From contig OY970296.1 in the NCBI GenBank assembly GCA_963716175.1, forward strand, positions 800,001 through 864,000: DNA of 64,000 nucleotides, in the 5' to 3' direction. Origin of the DNA: an uncultured Armatimonadetes bacterium (lineage in GTDB: Bacteria > Armatimonadota > Hebobacteria > Hebobacterales > Hebobacteraceae). The translations under genes were made by a program, and so were the position numbers. The notes under the pieces were generated by a model. The model did not search any database and was not told where the DNA came from. It saw nothing but the letters and a program-made list of their open reading frames with translations. This document shows, piece by piece, positions 31,155 through 41,932 of this stretch. How positions within the stretch are numbered: position 1 is the stretch's first letter; each line of letters starts with the position of its first letter.

Positions 31155-31263
31155 TCAAGGGTCTCAAGTGGACCCGCCAGGCAAAGCCCCACCAGACCTC
31201 GCATGCTCCCGCCTGGGGTAGTCGGCCGTCCGCGCCTGCTTGATGATACCCCCTGTCAGCGCC

Positions 31264-32409
31264 TCATTCACCTCCGCCCAGGAGGCGCAGGCAGAGACAT
31301 TCCAGGGAAAGGTCTATGTTGGCATTCCGCTCGATTTGCTGCCGGGTGGCCAGGATCGCCTCGATCGCCGCCTCTGCTTGCCAGCAGGGAAGCGACCCAG
31401 AGGCGCGGCTGATCGCCGTCCCGAAGTCGCCATTCACGAGAGCGGCCCCCTCGGCCGCGGCCAGGCAGTCCCGGTACCAGGAGGCCATCACCTCCAGGCA
31501 CCAGGGCAGCTCCGCGCGGAGCGCCCGGTCTGACACCGGCCTCCAGCCAGAAGCGAGCCCCTCCTCCGCTTCCTCCTCGTCGCCCTCCTCTGAGGCCTCC
31601 TGTCTGCCGGCCTGCGCCAGGCCGGCCCCCAGCAGTCTGACCTCCTCCGCCATGCGCAGGCCGGCCGAGACTGGCTGCCGCTCCAGGTCGGCGCAGAGAT
31701 CCAGGAGGGCCTTGCGAGTGGCCAGCACCTCGGGTTGCCGCGCGGCGCGCAGGGCCCAGCCCACCCGCCCGCCGGAGAGCCGCGCCAGCCAGGCCGCCGC
31801 CTCGGCTTCAGTTCCCAGCGCCAGCAGGCGCTCCTCGATCGCCGCCGTCCCCGCCAACTGGAAGGCCACCTGCTGGCAGCGGGAGAGCACGGTCGGCAGC
31901 AGCATGGAGGGGTGGGAGGTGACCAGGACCAGCACCACGTGCGGCGGGGCATCCTCCAGCACTCGCAGCAGCGCGTTCGCCGCCTCCGCGCTCATGCGGT
32001 CGGCCGGATCAACCAGGTAGACTTTGTACCGGCCCAGCGCGGACCTGAGGTAAGCGTCCTGGATCAATGGGCGGGGGGTCTCGCGAGGCTTCTTAGGATT
32101 CTGCCGGATCTGGTCAATGCTGATCTCGGTGCGCTCTGCTCCTTCCCGCATGGCCCCCGTGGTGATCAGCCGCACATCGGGATGGTGCCAGCGCGCGATC
32201 AACTGGCAGGACTGGCATTCGCCGCAGGCCGATCCCGAGGACTCATTGTTCAGGCAGTTCAGCGCTTGCGCGAAGAGCACCGCCGCGGCGGATTTTCCCA
32301 CACCCTCCGGGCCCCAGAAGAGATAAGCGTGCGCGACCCGGTCTCGCCGGATCGCGTTCTGCAGCACCGTCGTCGCTCTCGCTTGTCCAATCAGCTCACC
32401 GAGTTGCAC
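31264..32409 (-). CDS. holB: DNA polymerase III delta-prime subunit
   Basis: HAYLFWGPEGVGK, CGECQSC, HPDV, AANALL, SRCQ. Confidence 0.92.
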   Translation of the reverse strand: MQLGELIGQARATTVLQNAIRRDRVAHAYLFWGPEGVGKSAAAVLFAQALNCLNNESSGSACGECQSCQLIARWHHPDVRLITTGAMREGAERTEISIDQIRQNPKKPRETPRPLIQDAYLRSALGRYKVYLVDPADRMSAEAANALLRVLEDAPPHVVLVLVTSHPSMLLPTVLSRCQQVAFQLAGTAAIEERLLALGTEAEAAAWLARLSGGRVGWALRAARQPEVLATRKALLDLCADLERQPVSAGLRMAEEVRLLGAGLAQAGRQEASEEGDEEEAEEGLASGWRPVSDRALRAELPWCLEVMASWYRDCLAAAEGAALVNGDFGTAISRASGSLPCWQAEAAIEAILATRQQIERNANIDLSLECLCLRLLGGGE

Positions 32410-32487
32410 TCTGCCTCACACCGCCTCCGGCCCTACCACAGAGCCCGCCTGCGTCCATCGCCGTTCACCTGCGGCCCGGCCGCTCCC

Positions 32488-32817
32488 TTACAGCTTCTCG
32501 AAGCGCTCCACATCCAGCACGAACACGGTCGCGCCCCCCACCTGCACCTTCACCGGGCTCGGGATGCAGGTCCCGATGGGTTCGATGGTGGGAGGGAAGA
32601 CATTCACCAACTGCTCGCGGGTCTTGGAGTGCGCGCCGATCACCTCGATCACCCCATCCACTTGCTCTTTCTCCACCCCCACCAGAAAGGTGACGTTCCC
32701 CTCCCGCAGCAGCCCGCCGGTGCTGGCGACGATGGTGAACTGATACCCCCGCTCCAGCAGCGCATCCATGACCTTGCGATGATCCTTATCCTGCACTACC
32801 GCGATGACGAGCTTCAC
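32488..32817 (-). CDS. darA: c-di-AMP receptor (PII-like DarA/PstA)
   Basis: MKLVIAVVQDKD, ASTGGLLREGN, VGGATVFV; tmk-darA-holB synteny. Confidence 0.9.
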   Translation of the reverse strand: MKLVIAVVQDKDHRKVMDALLERGYQFTIVASTGGLLREGNVTFLVGVEKEQVDGVIEVIGAHSKTREQLVNVFPPTIEPIGTCIPSPVKVQVGGATVFVLDVERFEKL

Positions 32818-33464
32818 GGTGCCTCCCTCTGCGACGCCCCAGGCGGGCGGCGCTCCTCTGCTAACAGCCCCCGCACCAGCTCCGTGACTTGCGCCTGCAC
32901 GATGTGCACTGCAGGCCTGCCGTCCACCAGCTTGATCCGCTGCGGCTCGGCCCGCGCCAGCTTCCGAAAGCCCTCCGCCACTCGCTGCCTGAACTCGCGG
33001 CCTTCTGATTCTAGCCTATCCAGGCGGTCCCCGTCCAGTCGCGCTTGTTCGGGCGGAAGGTCCAACACCAGCGTCAGATCGGCTTCCACACCGCTCGTCG
33101 CCAGGGCATTGAGCCGGCGCAGAAGGTCCAGATCCAGACCCCGCCCATATCCCTGGTAGGCGAGCGTGGAATCGCCGTAACGCTCGCACACCACCAGGCA
33201 GCCCTGGGCCAGAGCCGGCCGGATCACCTCGGCCACATGGAGGGCGCGGTCCGCGAGATAGAGGAATAGCTCGGCCTCGGCCGGGATGCTGTGGTCGCGG
33301 GAAAGCAGAAGATCGCGGATCGCCTCTCCCGGCTTGGTCCCGCCCGGCTCCCGGGTCAGACGCACACAGTGCCCCTCGCCCTGGAGCCAGTCTGCCAGCA
33401 GGCGCGCCTGCGTGCTCTTGCCGCAGCCATCTATCCCCTCCAGAGTGATGAAGAGGCCTGGCAC
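32814..33464 (-). CDS. tmk: Thymidylate kinase
   Basis: FITLEGIDGCGKSTQ, TREPGG, AYQGYGRG. Confidence 0.95.
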   Translation of the reverse strand: MPGLFITLEGIDGCGKSTQARLLADWLQGEGHCVRLTREPGGTKPGEAIRDLLLSRDHSIPAEAELFLYLADRALHVAEVIRPALAQGCLVVCERYGDSTLAYQGYGRGLDLDLLRRLNALATSGVEADLTLVLDLPPEQARLDGDRLDRLESEGREFRQRVAEGFRKLARAEPQRIKLVDGRPAVHIVQAQVTELVRGLLAEERRPPGASQREAP

Positions 33465-33467
33465 CAG

Positions 33468-34683
33468 CTACCACCCCATCGTCAACTGGGTTTCCGAGGC
33501 GTGCGCCACCGCCTTGCCGTAGTGTCCGCCGCCCCCGGGCAGAAGCGGAAGCCGCCCTTCCCGCGCCTGGATGATCAGCTCTGCCGCCTTCTCGCCCACC
33601 ACCTGCACCAGCTCCTCTCGACCGGCCTCGTGCAGCACCCGCATTCTCAGTGCCGAAGCGGTTGAGCAGCTTCCCCAGTGTCACCGCGCCCACGCCTGGC
33701 AGGAATTGCAGCGGGACCTGGTAGTGGTAGGGCGGGCGGTGCTGCGGGGGCCGCGGTTCCGGGTAGTCGGCGATTTCGGCAATGCGATCGAGCACTCCTT
33801 TCACCACCTGGCTGCTTCCGCACAGGGGACAGACCGCCACCGGCGGCTCGGCCGAGGTGATCACCTGGCAGGTCGGGCAGAAAGTCCGATGATACTTGCC
33901 CAGTCGAGGATCGAGCCCGTAGTTCGCCAGCACCCCACGGCCCCGCTCTCTCCGCAACGCCCACATCACCTCCTCGAAGCTTACCTCCTCCAGCCACAGC
34001 ACATTGTACTCGCGGGCGATGCGCGGCAGAGAGTGTGCATCCGAGTTCGACGTGAGCGTTACCATCGCCAGCTCACCGATGCGATCGGCCAGGTAGCTGT
34101 CTGCGCTCAGGCCCAGCTCGACCGCCACCAGCCCGGCCAGGCCCTCCTCCCTGAACATGTCTCCAAGTCGCCGCACACAGCTCCCATAGACGCTCTTGTG
34201 CGGCGTGAAGGCATGGGCCGGCATGAAGGCCCCGCCCGCCTGCTGCGTCATCCTCAGCAGTTGCCGGGCGGAGAGTCGGCACCGCTGGGAGCTGAGTTCG
34301 AGATTGGTCACGAACCCGCGCAGCAGGCCGACGAAGACTCGCAGTTGCTCCCGGGCGGGAAAGAACGAGACCTGGTGGGAGATACCCCCATTCTCCTCCA
34401 CCGTCTCCAGCTCGCAGCCCAGCAAGACGGTAGTCTTCTCCCGATACCTCAGTCCTCCCCCGGCCAGCTCCACCATCTCGCCCGCCCCCACCAGGGCGTC
34501 TATCTCCGCCATCACCGCGGGTGATCCACAGTCCACGATGCCGGCCACGTCTATCCCCTTGCGCGTGGCGCATTCCTTGGCGATGTTCTCGAAGGTTAGA
34601 TCCCGGGCCGCGGTGATCTTCACCGGCCGCCCGCTGGCGGTGCGGCCGATGTGGATGTGAAGATCAGCGTAGACTCTGCCCAT
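33468..34683 (-). CDS. Endonuclease Q / TIGR00375-type PHP protein; +1 frameshift at ~33645
   Basis: ADLHIH, HAFTPHKS, NSDAHS, LGKYH, CPxC; frame restored as FGTEMRVLH...GGGGHYGK to stop 33468. Confidence 0.85.
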
Positions 34684-34710
34684 GCTCCCCCGACCTCGCG
34701 CGCTGCGGCT

Positions 34711-35304
34711 CTATCCTTCCGCGGCGGCGCCCGCCGCGGCTCGCGCGGCCCGCACCCGGCGGCACACCTCCTCCAGCATCCGTTCGGCCTGCTCCGTCTC
34801 ATCCTGTCCGCCGGGGATCACCAGGTCGGCATAGGCCTTGGTCGGCTGGCAGTACCCCCGGTGCCGGTAGCGCACCGAGTCCAGGTAGAAGTCACAGATC
34901 CGATCGAGATTATGCCCGCCTGCCACGTTCCTGCGGATACGGCGCACGATGCGTTCGTCCGCCTCCGCCTCCACGAACAGCTTGAGGTCCATCAGGCCCC
35001 GCACCTCGGCATCGTGGAGCGCCAGTATGCCTTCCAGGACGACCACGTCGGCGCCTCCATCCCGCGCCGCCCGCAGCGCGAGCCGGAGGCTGGCGAAGTC
35101 AAACGATGCTGGGTGGTTGTAGTCCGGCCAAGTGCGGTCCCCGGCCTGGTTGCTGTGCCGCGGCAGCTTCGCGGCATCCCAGAAGAAACGATCCTGGTTA
35201 ATCACCTCGACGCTCAGCGGCGCCAGCCGCTCTTTCAGCTTGCCCGCGATGGTGGACTTGCCGGAGGCGCTGCCACCACCGATCCCGATCACGAAGGCCG
35301 GCAT
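34711..35304 (-). CDS. udk: Uridine kinase
   Basis: [28 protein letters not shown]. Confidence 0.85.
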   Translation of the reverse strand: MPAFVIGIGGGSASGKSTIAGKLKERLAPLSVEVINQDRFFWDAAKLPRHSNQAGDRTWPDYNHPASFDFASLRLALRAARDGGADVVVLEGILALHDAEVRGLMDLKLFVEAEADERIVRRIRRNVAGGHNLDRICDFYLDSVRYRHRGYCQPTKAYADLVIPGGQDETEQAERMLEEVCRRVRAARAAAGAAAEG

Positions 35305-35831
35305 CGCCGGCGCTCACCGGTGGCGCGGGCCTTGCCCGCGCTCCCGAGTGTGGACTGGCTGCAAGCGGCAGCCTCGCTGCCGCCTAGGCCGGTGTGCCCG
35401 AAGCCGCCCGCGCCTCGCCCGGTGGCCTGGAGGTGCTCTTTGAGCTCCACCCGCACCCGTGTCACTGGTGACACCACCAGCTGCGCGATGCGATCCCCCC
35501 GCCGCACCAGGAAGGCCTCCGAGCCGTGATTCACCAGCACCACGCACACCTCGCCCCGATAATCGGCATCAATCGTGCCCGGCGTGTTCAGCACAGTCAC
35601 CCCGTGCCTGGCGGCGAGGCCGCTGCGAGGCCTCACCTGGGCCTCGTAACCTGCGGGAAGCGCAATCCGGATTCCGGTGGGGATCACCGCGAAGGCGCCT
35701 GGAGCCAGGCCCAGCTCTCCCGCCACCGCCGCGCACAGATCCAGGCCCGCCGCATGCTCCGTCATATAAGCGGGCGGGGACAGATCGCGTGCTCCCTCTA
35801 GCTGCTCGACCGCGAGGATGACATCCCTCAA
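35289..35831 (-). CDS. dut: dUTPase
   Basis: [38 protein letters not shown]; start trimmed. Confidence 0.93.
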   Translation of the reverse strand: MRDVILAVEQLEGARDLSPPAYMTEHAAGLDLCAAVAGELGLAPGAFAVIPTGIRIALPAGYEAQVRPRSGLAARHGVTVLNTPGTIDADYRGEVCVVLVNHGSEAFLVRRGDRIAQLVVSPVTRVRVELKEHLQATGRGAGGFGHTGLGGSEAAACSQSTLGSAGKARATGERRRCRPS

Positions 35832-36076
35832 GGCTCGACCCACCACCTGCCAAGTTCGAGCATGACTTCTCTGCCCCGAGAGCGAATCCCTCCCGCAAGG
35901 CTGGCGAGGAGAGGGCGGTGAGACACCAGAAGAAGCGGCGGCTTCGGCTCTTCGGCCGGGCTCTGGTGCCACCCGGCCGCTTTCACTCCACCAAGCGCGG
36001 GAAACGCGGTTACCTCCGCCGCGAAGCCCGGAAGGAAGAGCGCCAGGCTAAGGATGACGCTGGCGAGCGGCAGTGA

Positions 36077-36997
36077 TCAGGGCAAGCGGCGCGCGCCCAC
36101 GTAGCGCCGCGCGTAGTAGCCCGCCTCCAGGGTGTCTACCCGCACGCGGCCGCCGCCACTGGAGGCGTGGACGAACTTTCCGTCCCCGATGTAGATCCCC
36201 ACATGGGAGATCCCCCGCCCCCGGGTGTGAAAGAACACCAGATCATCGGGCTGCAGGCTCGTGCGGCTCGCGGGTGTGCCGAGCTGGTACAGTGCCCGCG
36301 AGCTGTGTGGGGCCCTGATCCCGCGCGCCCGCAGCACCCGCGCCACCAGCCCTGAGCAGTCCATGCCGCGGGAACTCATGCCCGCGTAGCGGTAGGGCAC
36401 GCCCCGGTATTTCAGGGCGTCCGCCGCCAGAGCACCGGCATCGCCAGGGCCGCCCGCTGTTTCCGCCTCTGGCCTCTTGTCTCCCCTGGACTCGGCCACC
36501 GCGCGCCCGCCCGGCGTCTGGCGGGTCAGGCGGCGGCCAGGCCCGGCGGCGCCGGCCGCCGGAATCTGGAGGCGCTGCCCCGGGCGAATCAGCCGGTGGG
36601 CCTGGATGCCGTTGGCCTTCAGGAGTGCTGACAGGTTCACGTGAAAGCGCTTGGCGATTTGGGAGAGGCTATCGCCTCGGAGCACGGTGTACCGCCGCTC
36701 GGCCCGTGGCGCCGCCGCCTTGGTCTTAGCCTTCCCCTGGGGTCTCGCCGCCGGCTTCTGGACATCCGAGGGCCCGGCTTGGGCCTGGACTGTGGCGGCT
36801 GGCGCCGCCCCGACCGCCGGCGAGAGACCTCCACTCACCTCGACCGCGGCGGACCACGGCGACGACAGTGTGGAGCGGATCGAGCTCTCCTCTGGCGTGA
36901 GAACCCTGGTCTCACAGACCGGGGTGAACGCCAGCAGGGCAAGGGCGGCCACCCCCAGGCCAGCCCACCGCGAGGCATGAGTTTGCATGATGATCAA
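36077..36997 (-). CDS. LysM plus NlpC/P60 peptidoglycan endopeptidase
   Basis: YTVLRGDSLSQIA; GVPY...MDCSGL...SHVGIY...FVHASS. Confidence 0.9.
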   Translation of the reverse strand: MIIMQTHASRWAGLGVAALALLAFTPVCETRVLTPEESSIRSTLSSPWSAAVEVSGGLSPAVGAAPAATVQAQAGPSDVQKPAARPQGKAKTKAAAPRAERRYTVLRGDSLSQIAKRFHVNLSALLKANGIQAHRLIRPGQRLQIPAAGAAGPGRRLTRQTPGGRAVAESRGDKRPEAETAGGPGDAGALAADALKYRGVPYRYAGMSSRGMDCSGLVARVLRARGIRAPHSSRALYQLGTPASRTSLQPDDLVFFHTRGRGISHVGIYIGDGKFVHASSGGGRVRVDTLEAGYYARRYVGARRLP

Positions 36998-37144
36998 GAC
37001 GACTTCGCGCCACGCCCAGGCGCGAAGACGCGCTCTCCGTGCTAGTTTGTCCCTGGCCCAGCCGCCGACACTTAAGTGTAACCCTGATGCCCCGGCGGCA
37101 AGGTGTCACACCCTAGCACAAAACTGGCTGTGCTGCAAGCCCCC

Positions 37145-37762
37145 CTAGGCCAATTTGGCCACTTTTCCCAGGAGCCCGGCGAAGTCCAGCAGAGGCTGTG
37201 GAAACAGCCCTAGCGCCAAAAGCAGCCCGATCAGCACCACCGCCAGGGCCGCCCGCACACCCCCGAGGGCGGGCGGCGGCGGCGCTCGCACTGCCCACAG
37301 GGCTGGCGCCAACCCCGCGGCGCCGGCCGCCATCGCCAACGCGGTCACCCCGCCCCAGCCCGCCCCAAGCAGCGCATGGTATACCATCACCTTGGCCGAG
37401 AACCCCGCCGTGGGCGCCAAGCCCACCAACGTCAGCCAGGCGCACCCCCGACCCACCGTGCCTAGCAGTCCGGCAGGTGGAGTTCCTTCCTGCGGGCGGC
37501 CAAGGCAGAGAGCGCCCAGCACGGCCGCGAGGCCGACAGCGCAGAGCTGCACCACCGAAGCCCGAAACCCATCGCTCTCCCGGAGATGAAGCGCCGCCGC
37601 CAGCGAGAGGATGGCCGTGGCGCACCCCGCGATCACCATCCAGGCGAAGCTGCTGTCCGCGGAGCGGGGCCGCAACGCCAGAGCGGTGGCGACCACCAGC
37701 AGCCCGCCACCCAGGAGCAGAGCTATGATCATCGCTGCGGAGGCCGAGGAAGGGCCGATCAT
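37145..37762 (-). CDS. Membrane protein resembling the C-terminal half of a proton-antiporter subunit
   Basis: ATGA overlap at 37759-62; LVGLAPTAGFSAK. Confidence 0.55.
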   Translation of the reverse strand: MIGPSSASAAMIIALLLGGGLLVVATALALRPRSADSSFAWMVIAGCATAILSLAAALHLRESDGFRASVVQLCAVGLAAVLGALCLGRPQEGTPPAGLLGTVGRGCAWLTLVGLAPTAGFSAKVMVYHALLGAGWGGVTALAMAAGAAGLAPALWAVRAPPPPALGGVRAALAVVLIGLLLALGLFPQPLLDFAGLLGKVAKLA

Positions 37763-39327
37763 GGCGACACCGAGAGGGCAGTGCGCATCATCGCCTCGCT
37801 CCACTGCAGGGATGGCTCCGTCCACAGACCGGAGATCAGCAGAGCCACGACCAGCAACACGAGCTGGGCCGAGAGCCAGAACGGGGCCGGCTTGGTAGGT
37901 GGTGGTGGCTCCCGGCGCAGGAAGGCCTGCCGGAACCCATTCACCACGGCCGCCGCCAGCGCCGCGTTTCCCGCGACCACCACTGCTGCCAGCACAGGCC
38001 GACCGCCGGCCAGCAGGGCGGAGACCAGGAGACGCTGCACCTGGAAGCCTGCCAGCGGCGGCAACCCAGCCAGCGATAGACCCCCGGCCAGCAGCGCCAG
38101 GCCGGTGAGCGGCATGGTGCGAAGCAGGCCGCTCAGGCCCGCCAGACCATCGCTGCCGACCCGAGCAGCCACATCGTTGCTCACGCACCAGGCTGCCAGC
38201 ACCGCCAGCGGCGCGAACACCAGGTGCAGAGCGGCGGCCTGCAGCGCACCTCCCACGCCGCCAGGGCTAGCCGCCGCGCCGAGCGCCAGCAGCAGATGCC
38301 CCGCTTGGGCTACCGTCAGCCACACCGCCAGCGCCCCCAACTCCCTCGCGTACCAGGCGCGCAGCGCGCCCCACCAGAGCGCAACCAGCCCCAGGACCAG
38401 GCTCCACCCAGCGACGGACGGGATGGTCGGGAGCAGCAGACTTCCCGGCAGAAGCCGCAACAGCGCCGCACAGCCGACAATCAGCACCAGCGGCGCGGAG
38501 ATCAAGGCCGCGCTTCTCCCAGCAGGCAGCAGGGCGGGCAGCCAGCCGTATCCCGGAAAGGCGAAGATGCGCGGCAGAAAACCTAGGAGCAGCAGCAGAG
38601 CGATCAACCGCAGCAGCGGCGGCTCCACCGACAGCAGGAGCAGGGGTAGATCGTGAAGCGAGGTGTTGCCGGCCTTCTGCCACATCACCAACGCTCCGCC
38701 CAGTATCAGCACGCCGCCGAGATGAACGTTGGCCAGCATGCGGCCGGCCCCGGGGGCTTGCCCGCCGGCCGTGTGGAGGGCCTGCCCGCCGGCCGTCTGG
38801 CGGACCAGCAGCCAGAGGCACACCAGCATCAGCTCCAGGAAGAACACCAGCGCGATCAGGTCTGCACTCAGCACCGCGCCGATTCCGGAGCCCTGCGCGG
38901 CCAGCAGCAGCGCGGCACGATGAGCCGACGACGGCCTCTCCTCCGGCGATCGGAGGACCGGCTGGGAAAGGCCCTGCGGGTACAAGCAGGTCAGAAGCCC
39001 AACGAGATAGATCGCCAGCGCCGCCGACAGAGACAAGGTGTCCGCCTGGAGGCGGAGGTGATAGAGATCCCTGGTCCACCAGTAGTCAACCGCCACCCGT
39101 CCACCGGCCAGCACCGTCGGCATCAGGGAGATGGTGAGGCCCAGGCCCATCAGGGAGGTCAGAGCCACCAGGGAGAACGGCGCCCAGGCTAACGCGGCCC
39201 GCTCGGCCTCAGAATGCAGGCGGAGGGAGAGGCGAGGAAAAAGCGCCGCACACCCGGCCACGAAGAAAGGCACCACGAACAGCCATACCAGGATGATGTT
39301 GTTCGGTTGGATAGGGGCCGTGAGGAT
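37759..39327 (-). CDS. Proton-conducting membrane transporter (MrpD/NuoM/NuoN-like); start uncertain (ATC 39327 or GTG 39276)
   Basis: DLIALVFFLELM, GWLP, SLAGLPPLAGF; many TM helices. Confidence 0.75.
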   Translation of the reverse strand: MLTAPIQPNNIILVWLFVVPFFVAGCAALFPRLSLRLHSEAERAALAWAPFSLVALTSLMGLGLTISLMPTVLAGGRVAVDYWWTRDLYHLRLQADTLSLSAALAIYLVGLLTCLYPQGLSQPVLRSPEERPSSAHRAALLLAAQGSGIGAVLSADLIALVFFLELMLVCLWLLVRQTAGGQALHTAGGQAPGAGRMLANVHLGGVLILGGALVMWQKAGNTSLHDLPLLLLSVEPPLLRLIALLLLLGFLPRIFAFPGYGWLPALLPAGRSAALISAPLVLIVGCAALLRLLPGSLLLPTIPSVAGWSLVLGLVALWWGALRAWYARELGALAVWLTVAQAGHLLLALGAAASPGGVGGALQAAALHLVFAPLAVLAAWCVSNDVAARVGSDGLAGLSGLLRTMPLTGLALLAGGLSLAGLPPLAGFQVQRLLVSALLAGGRPVLAAVVVAGNAALAAAVVNGFRQAFLRREPPPPTKPAPFWLSAQLVLLVVALLISGLWTEPSLQWSEAMMRTALSVSP

Positions 39328-39348
39328 GGCGGCCTCCCCTCGCCCACG

Positions 39349-39372
39349 GTAGGGCAGGTCTGAAACCTCCCC
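39349..39372 (+). repeat. GTAG-type REP palindrome
   Basis: GTAGGGCAGGTCTGAAACCTCCCC. Confidence 0.55.
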
Positions 39373-39409
39373 CCACCCCGAGTCTCAAGCCTACCCCGCG
39401 CCGATTGCG

Positions 39410-40714
39410 CTACAGCTCGTCCCCCGCCTCCTCGGCTGCCGGCCGGCCGGCCGGTCCTTCGGTGGCCTGGGCCTTTGGCCGAGCGATGATGTAGGCGCTC
39501 ACTTGGTCCAGCAGCACCGTCTGTCCCTCCCCATACACCTGCACCCGCACCGTATGGGTCCCGGGAGGCAGGCTCGACGTGTTCCAGCGATACCCGTAAG
39601 GCGGGATGTTCATGATCGCCCGTGTCACCTCGTCCACCGCGAAGGTGACGAAGGTGGCCGGAGGGCCGGTGTAGCTGACGACCAGGTCCACCCGCCCTCG
39701 CAGCGTTGATCCCGGCTCGGGGAAGAGCACCAACTGCGGCTGAGCCTGAGAGGCTGCGACGGACCACGCCAGAGCGGGCGGAGTGGCAGGCGCCAACTCC
39801 TCTCCAGTATCGTAGGCTGCCGGCGTCTCACCTGTCGCCGTCTCGGCCCCCTCGGCCGCCTCGACGCCCTCCGCGGCTTCGGCTGATCCGGCCTCCTCAG
39901 CCGCTGCGGTCGTCTCAGCCTCCTCTGGCGCCTCTTCGCTCACCCCCTCCGCGGGCAGACTGGCAACGGTGACGGCGCCGGCCGTCCAGCTCGGTGGCGC
40001 TACATAGGCGGGCAGGAAGATGGTGTCGAGCAGCCCGCCCTCATAGTAGGCGTACTCCAGGCAGATCGCCAGCCCGGCCAGGTACTCGGCGGCCGAAAGC
40101 CGCTCCCCGTCTACCCACACCGCGCTGGGCACCCTGCGCAGTTGGTCCACCCAGCGCACGGTGGCCGCATCCTGGTCCAGGAACGACTCAGTGGGGATCT
40201 CCTTCCCCACGCTGACGTCAACCTCGGCCTCCGAGATGTCTTCTGCCTCGACCTCCGGCCGGGCCACATTGCCTGGTGTGATCGGCACCACGTCCGGCAG
40301 TTCGCCGTTGACGCGCCACAGGTCCACGGTCCGGGCCAGCAGGATGAAAGCCTCCGCCGCCGACAGCGTCCGCAATCCCTCCCCGGTCACCACCTGCACC
40401 AGATCCGGCAGTTGCCCGCTTTCCCCAACGTAGGCCGAGATAAACTCGGCGAGGTCCACCACTGACTCCCCCGAGGCCTCGGCGCTCGAGACTGCCGACC
40501 TCGACCCCGCTTGCCCGCCGCCTGCCCGGAGGGATTGCTCGCCGGCGTCACCTGCGGGATACGCCTCCAGGCCCGGCGCGGCTGGTGCCACCTCCTCCGC
40601 CGTGAGCGCAGCCCCCTCAGAGGAGTCGGCCTCCCATTCGGTCTGGGCCCAGCTAGCCGACGCGGCCAACACCAAGAGAAAGACGACGAGCAGTGCCGCT
40701 TTCCCACGCATCAT
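39410..40714 (-). CDS. Secreted protein with two internal repeats, acidic linker and C-terminal Ig-like domain
   Basis: Signal peptide; LSAAE repeats; WNTSSLPPGTHTVRVQVY. Confidence 0.7.
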   Translation of the reverse strand: MMRGKAALLVVFLLVLAASASWAQTEWEADSSEGAALTAEEVAPAAPGLEAYPAGDAGEQSLRAGGGQAGSRSAVSSAEASGESVVDLAEFISAYVGESGQLPDLVQVVTGEGLRTLSAAEAFILLARTVDLWRVNGELPDVVPITPGNVARPEVEAEDISEAEVDVSVGKEIPTESFLDQDAATVRWVDQLRRVPSAVWVDGERLSAAEYLAGLAICLEYAYYEGGLLDTIFLPAYVAPPSWTAGAVTVASLPAEGVSEEAPEEAETTAAAEEAGSAEAAEGVEAAEGAETATGETPAAYDTGEELAPATPPALAWSVAASQAQPQLVLFPEPGSTLRGRVDLVVSYTGPPATFVTFAVDEVTRAIMNIPPYGYRWNTSSLPPGTHTVRVQVYGEGQTVLLDQVSAYIIARPKAQATEGPAGRPAAEEAGDEL

Positions 40715-40771
40715 GCTCTCCTCTTCCCACCGGCGCCGAGTCGTTCAACCTGGCTGGGCGGGTCCGTCCGA

Positions 40772-41932
40772 TCACCCGCTGTCCAAGTGAACCCGCTGCA
40801 CTCGCCGACCGATCACCGTCGGTATCTCGTGCAGGCAGGTCTCCGCCCATCGCGCGAGGTCGTTCGCCGTCACCCGGTGCTTTCCCTGTTGGCCGATGAG
40901 AACTACCTCGTCGCCCACCTGCGCCTCCCGGGCCGAGGTGATATCAACGATCACGTGGTCCATGCACACGGTACCGATCACCGGGCATACCTGGCCTCGT
41001 ACCAGCACGTGGGCCCGGTTGGAGGCACGGCGGGGATAGCCATCAGCATAGCCCAACGGCAGCACCCCGGTCATGCACTCTCCCCGGGTAACGTGGGTTC
41101 CCCCGTACGAGATCGGGCTGCCCGCAGGCATCCGCTGGGCGAAGGCGAGCCGCGTCTTCCAGCTCAGCGCCGGCCTCAGGTCGAGGGCCTCGAGGCCCTG
41201 TGGGGGAGCTGACACGTCCGGCCGGATGCCGTAGATCAGCAGGCCCACTCGCACCGCGTCCAGCCGCATCTCGGGGAACCGCAGTGTGGCCGCGCTATTC
41301 GCCAGGTGGCGCACGCCGGGGGCGATTCCGACCGCGGCCATCGCCGCCAGCGCCTGACGGAAGCGCCGCAACTGCTCCTGCACATAGGAGCTGTCGGCCT
41401 CTTCGGCCGTGGCCAGGTGGGAGAAGACTCCTTCCAGGCGCAGGCCCGGCAGGCCCCGGAGGAACTGGGCGAATTGCCCGCTTTGCTCCGGCCTTACTCC
41501 CAAGCGTCCCAACCCCGTGTCCATCTTCAGGTGCACCCGCGCCGGGTGGCCCAGTCGTGCTGCCGCTTTGGACAGGGCCTGCGCCATGGCGGTGTGGCAA
41601 GCCGTCTGGATGATGTCCCCTCGCACCACCTGGGCCGCCAGCCGGGGCTCCCCGGCAGAAAGCAGCAAGATGGGTGCCCCGATGCCAGCCCGTCGCAGCT
41701 CGGCCGCCTCCGGGTAGGAGGCCACCGCCAGCCCTGTTGCCCCTCCCTCCAGTGCCGCCCGCGCCGTCGGCACCGCCCCGTGGCCATAAGCATTGGCCTT
41801 GACCACCGCCCACACCCCGCAGCCGGGCCCGAGCAGGTCTCGCAGGTTGCGCACGTTGTGGCAAACCGCGGCGAGATCCACCTCCACCCACGACGCCGAC
41901 CGCGGCCTCGGCGCCCGCCTAGCTGCGGCCAT
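40772..41932 (-). CDS. alr: Alanine racemase
   Basis: AVVKANAYGHG, HLKMDTG, GYADG, GTVCMD. Confidence 0.95.
   Translation of the reverse strand: MAAARRAPRPRSASWVEVDLAAVCHNVRNLRDLLGPGCGVWAVVKANAYGHGAVPTARAALEGGATGLAVASYPEAAELRRAGIGAPILLLSAGEPRLAAQVVRGDIIQTACHTAMAQALSKAAARLGHPARVHLKMDTGLGRLGVRPEQSGQFAQFLRGLPGLRLEGVFSHLATAEEADSSYVQEQLRRFRQALAAMAAVGIAPGVRHLANSAATLRFPEMRLDAVRVGLLIYGIRPDVSAPPQGLEALDLRPALSWKTRLAFAQRMPAGSPISYGGTHVTRGECMTGVLPLGYADGYPRRASNRAHVLVRGQVCPVIGTVCMDHVIVDITSAREAQVGDEVVLIGQQGKHRVTANDLARWAETCLHEIPTVIGRRVQRVHLDSG

Noticed and set aside
33016-33467. Arg/Gly-rich tail of the 555-aa ORF overlapping tmk
   Set aside because: Artefact of the frameshift at ~33645
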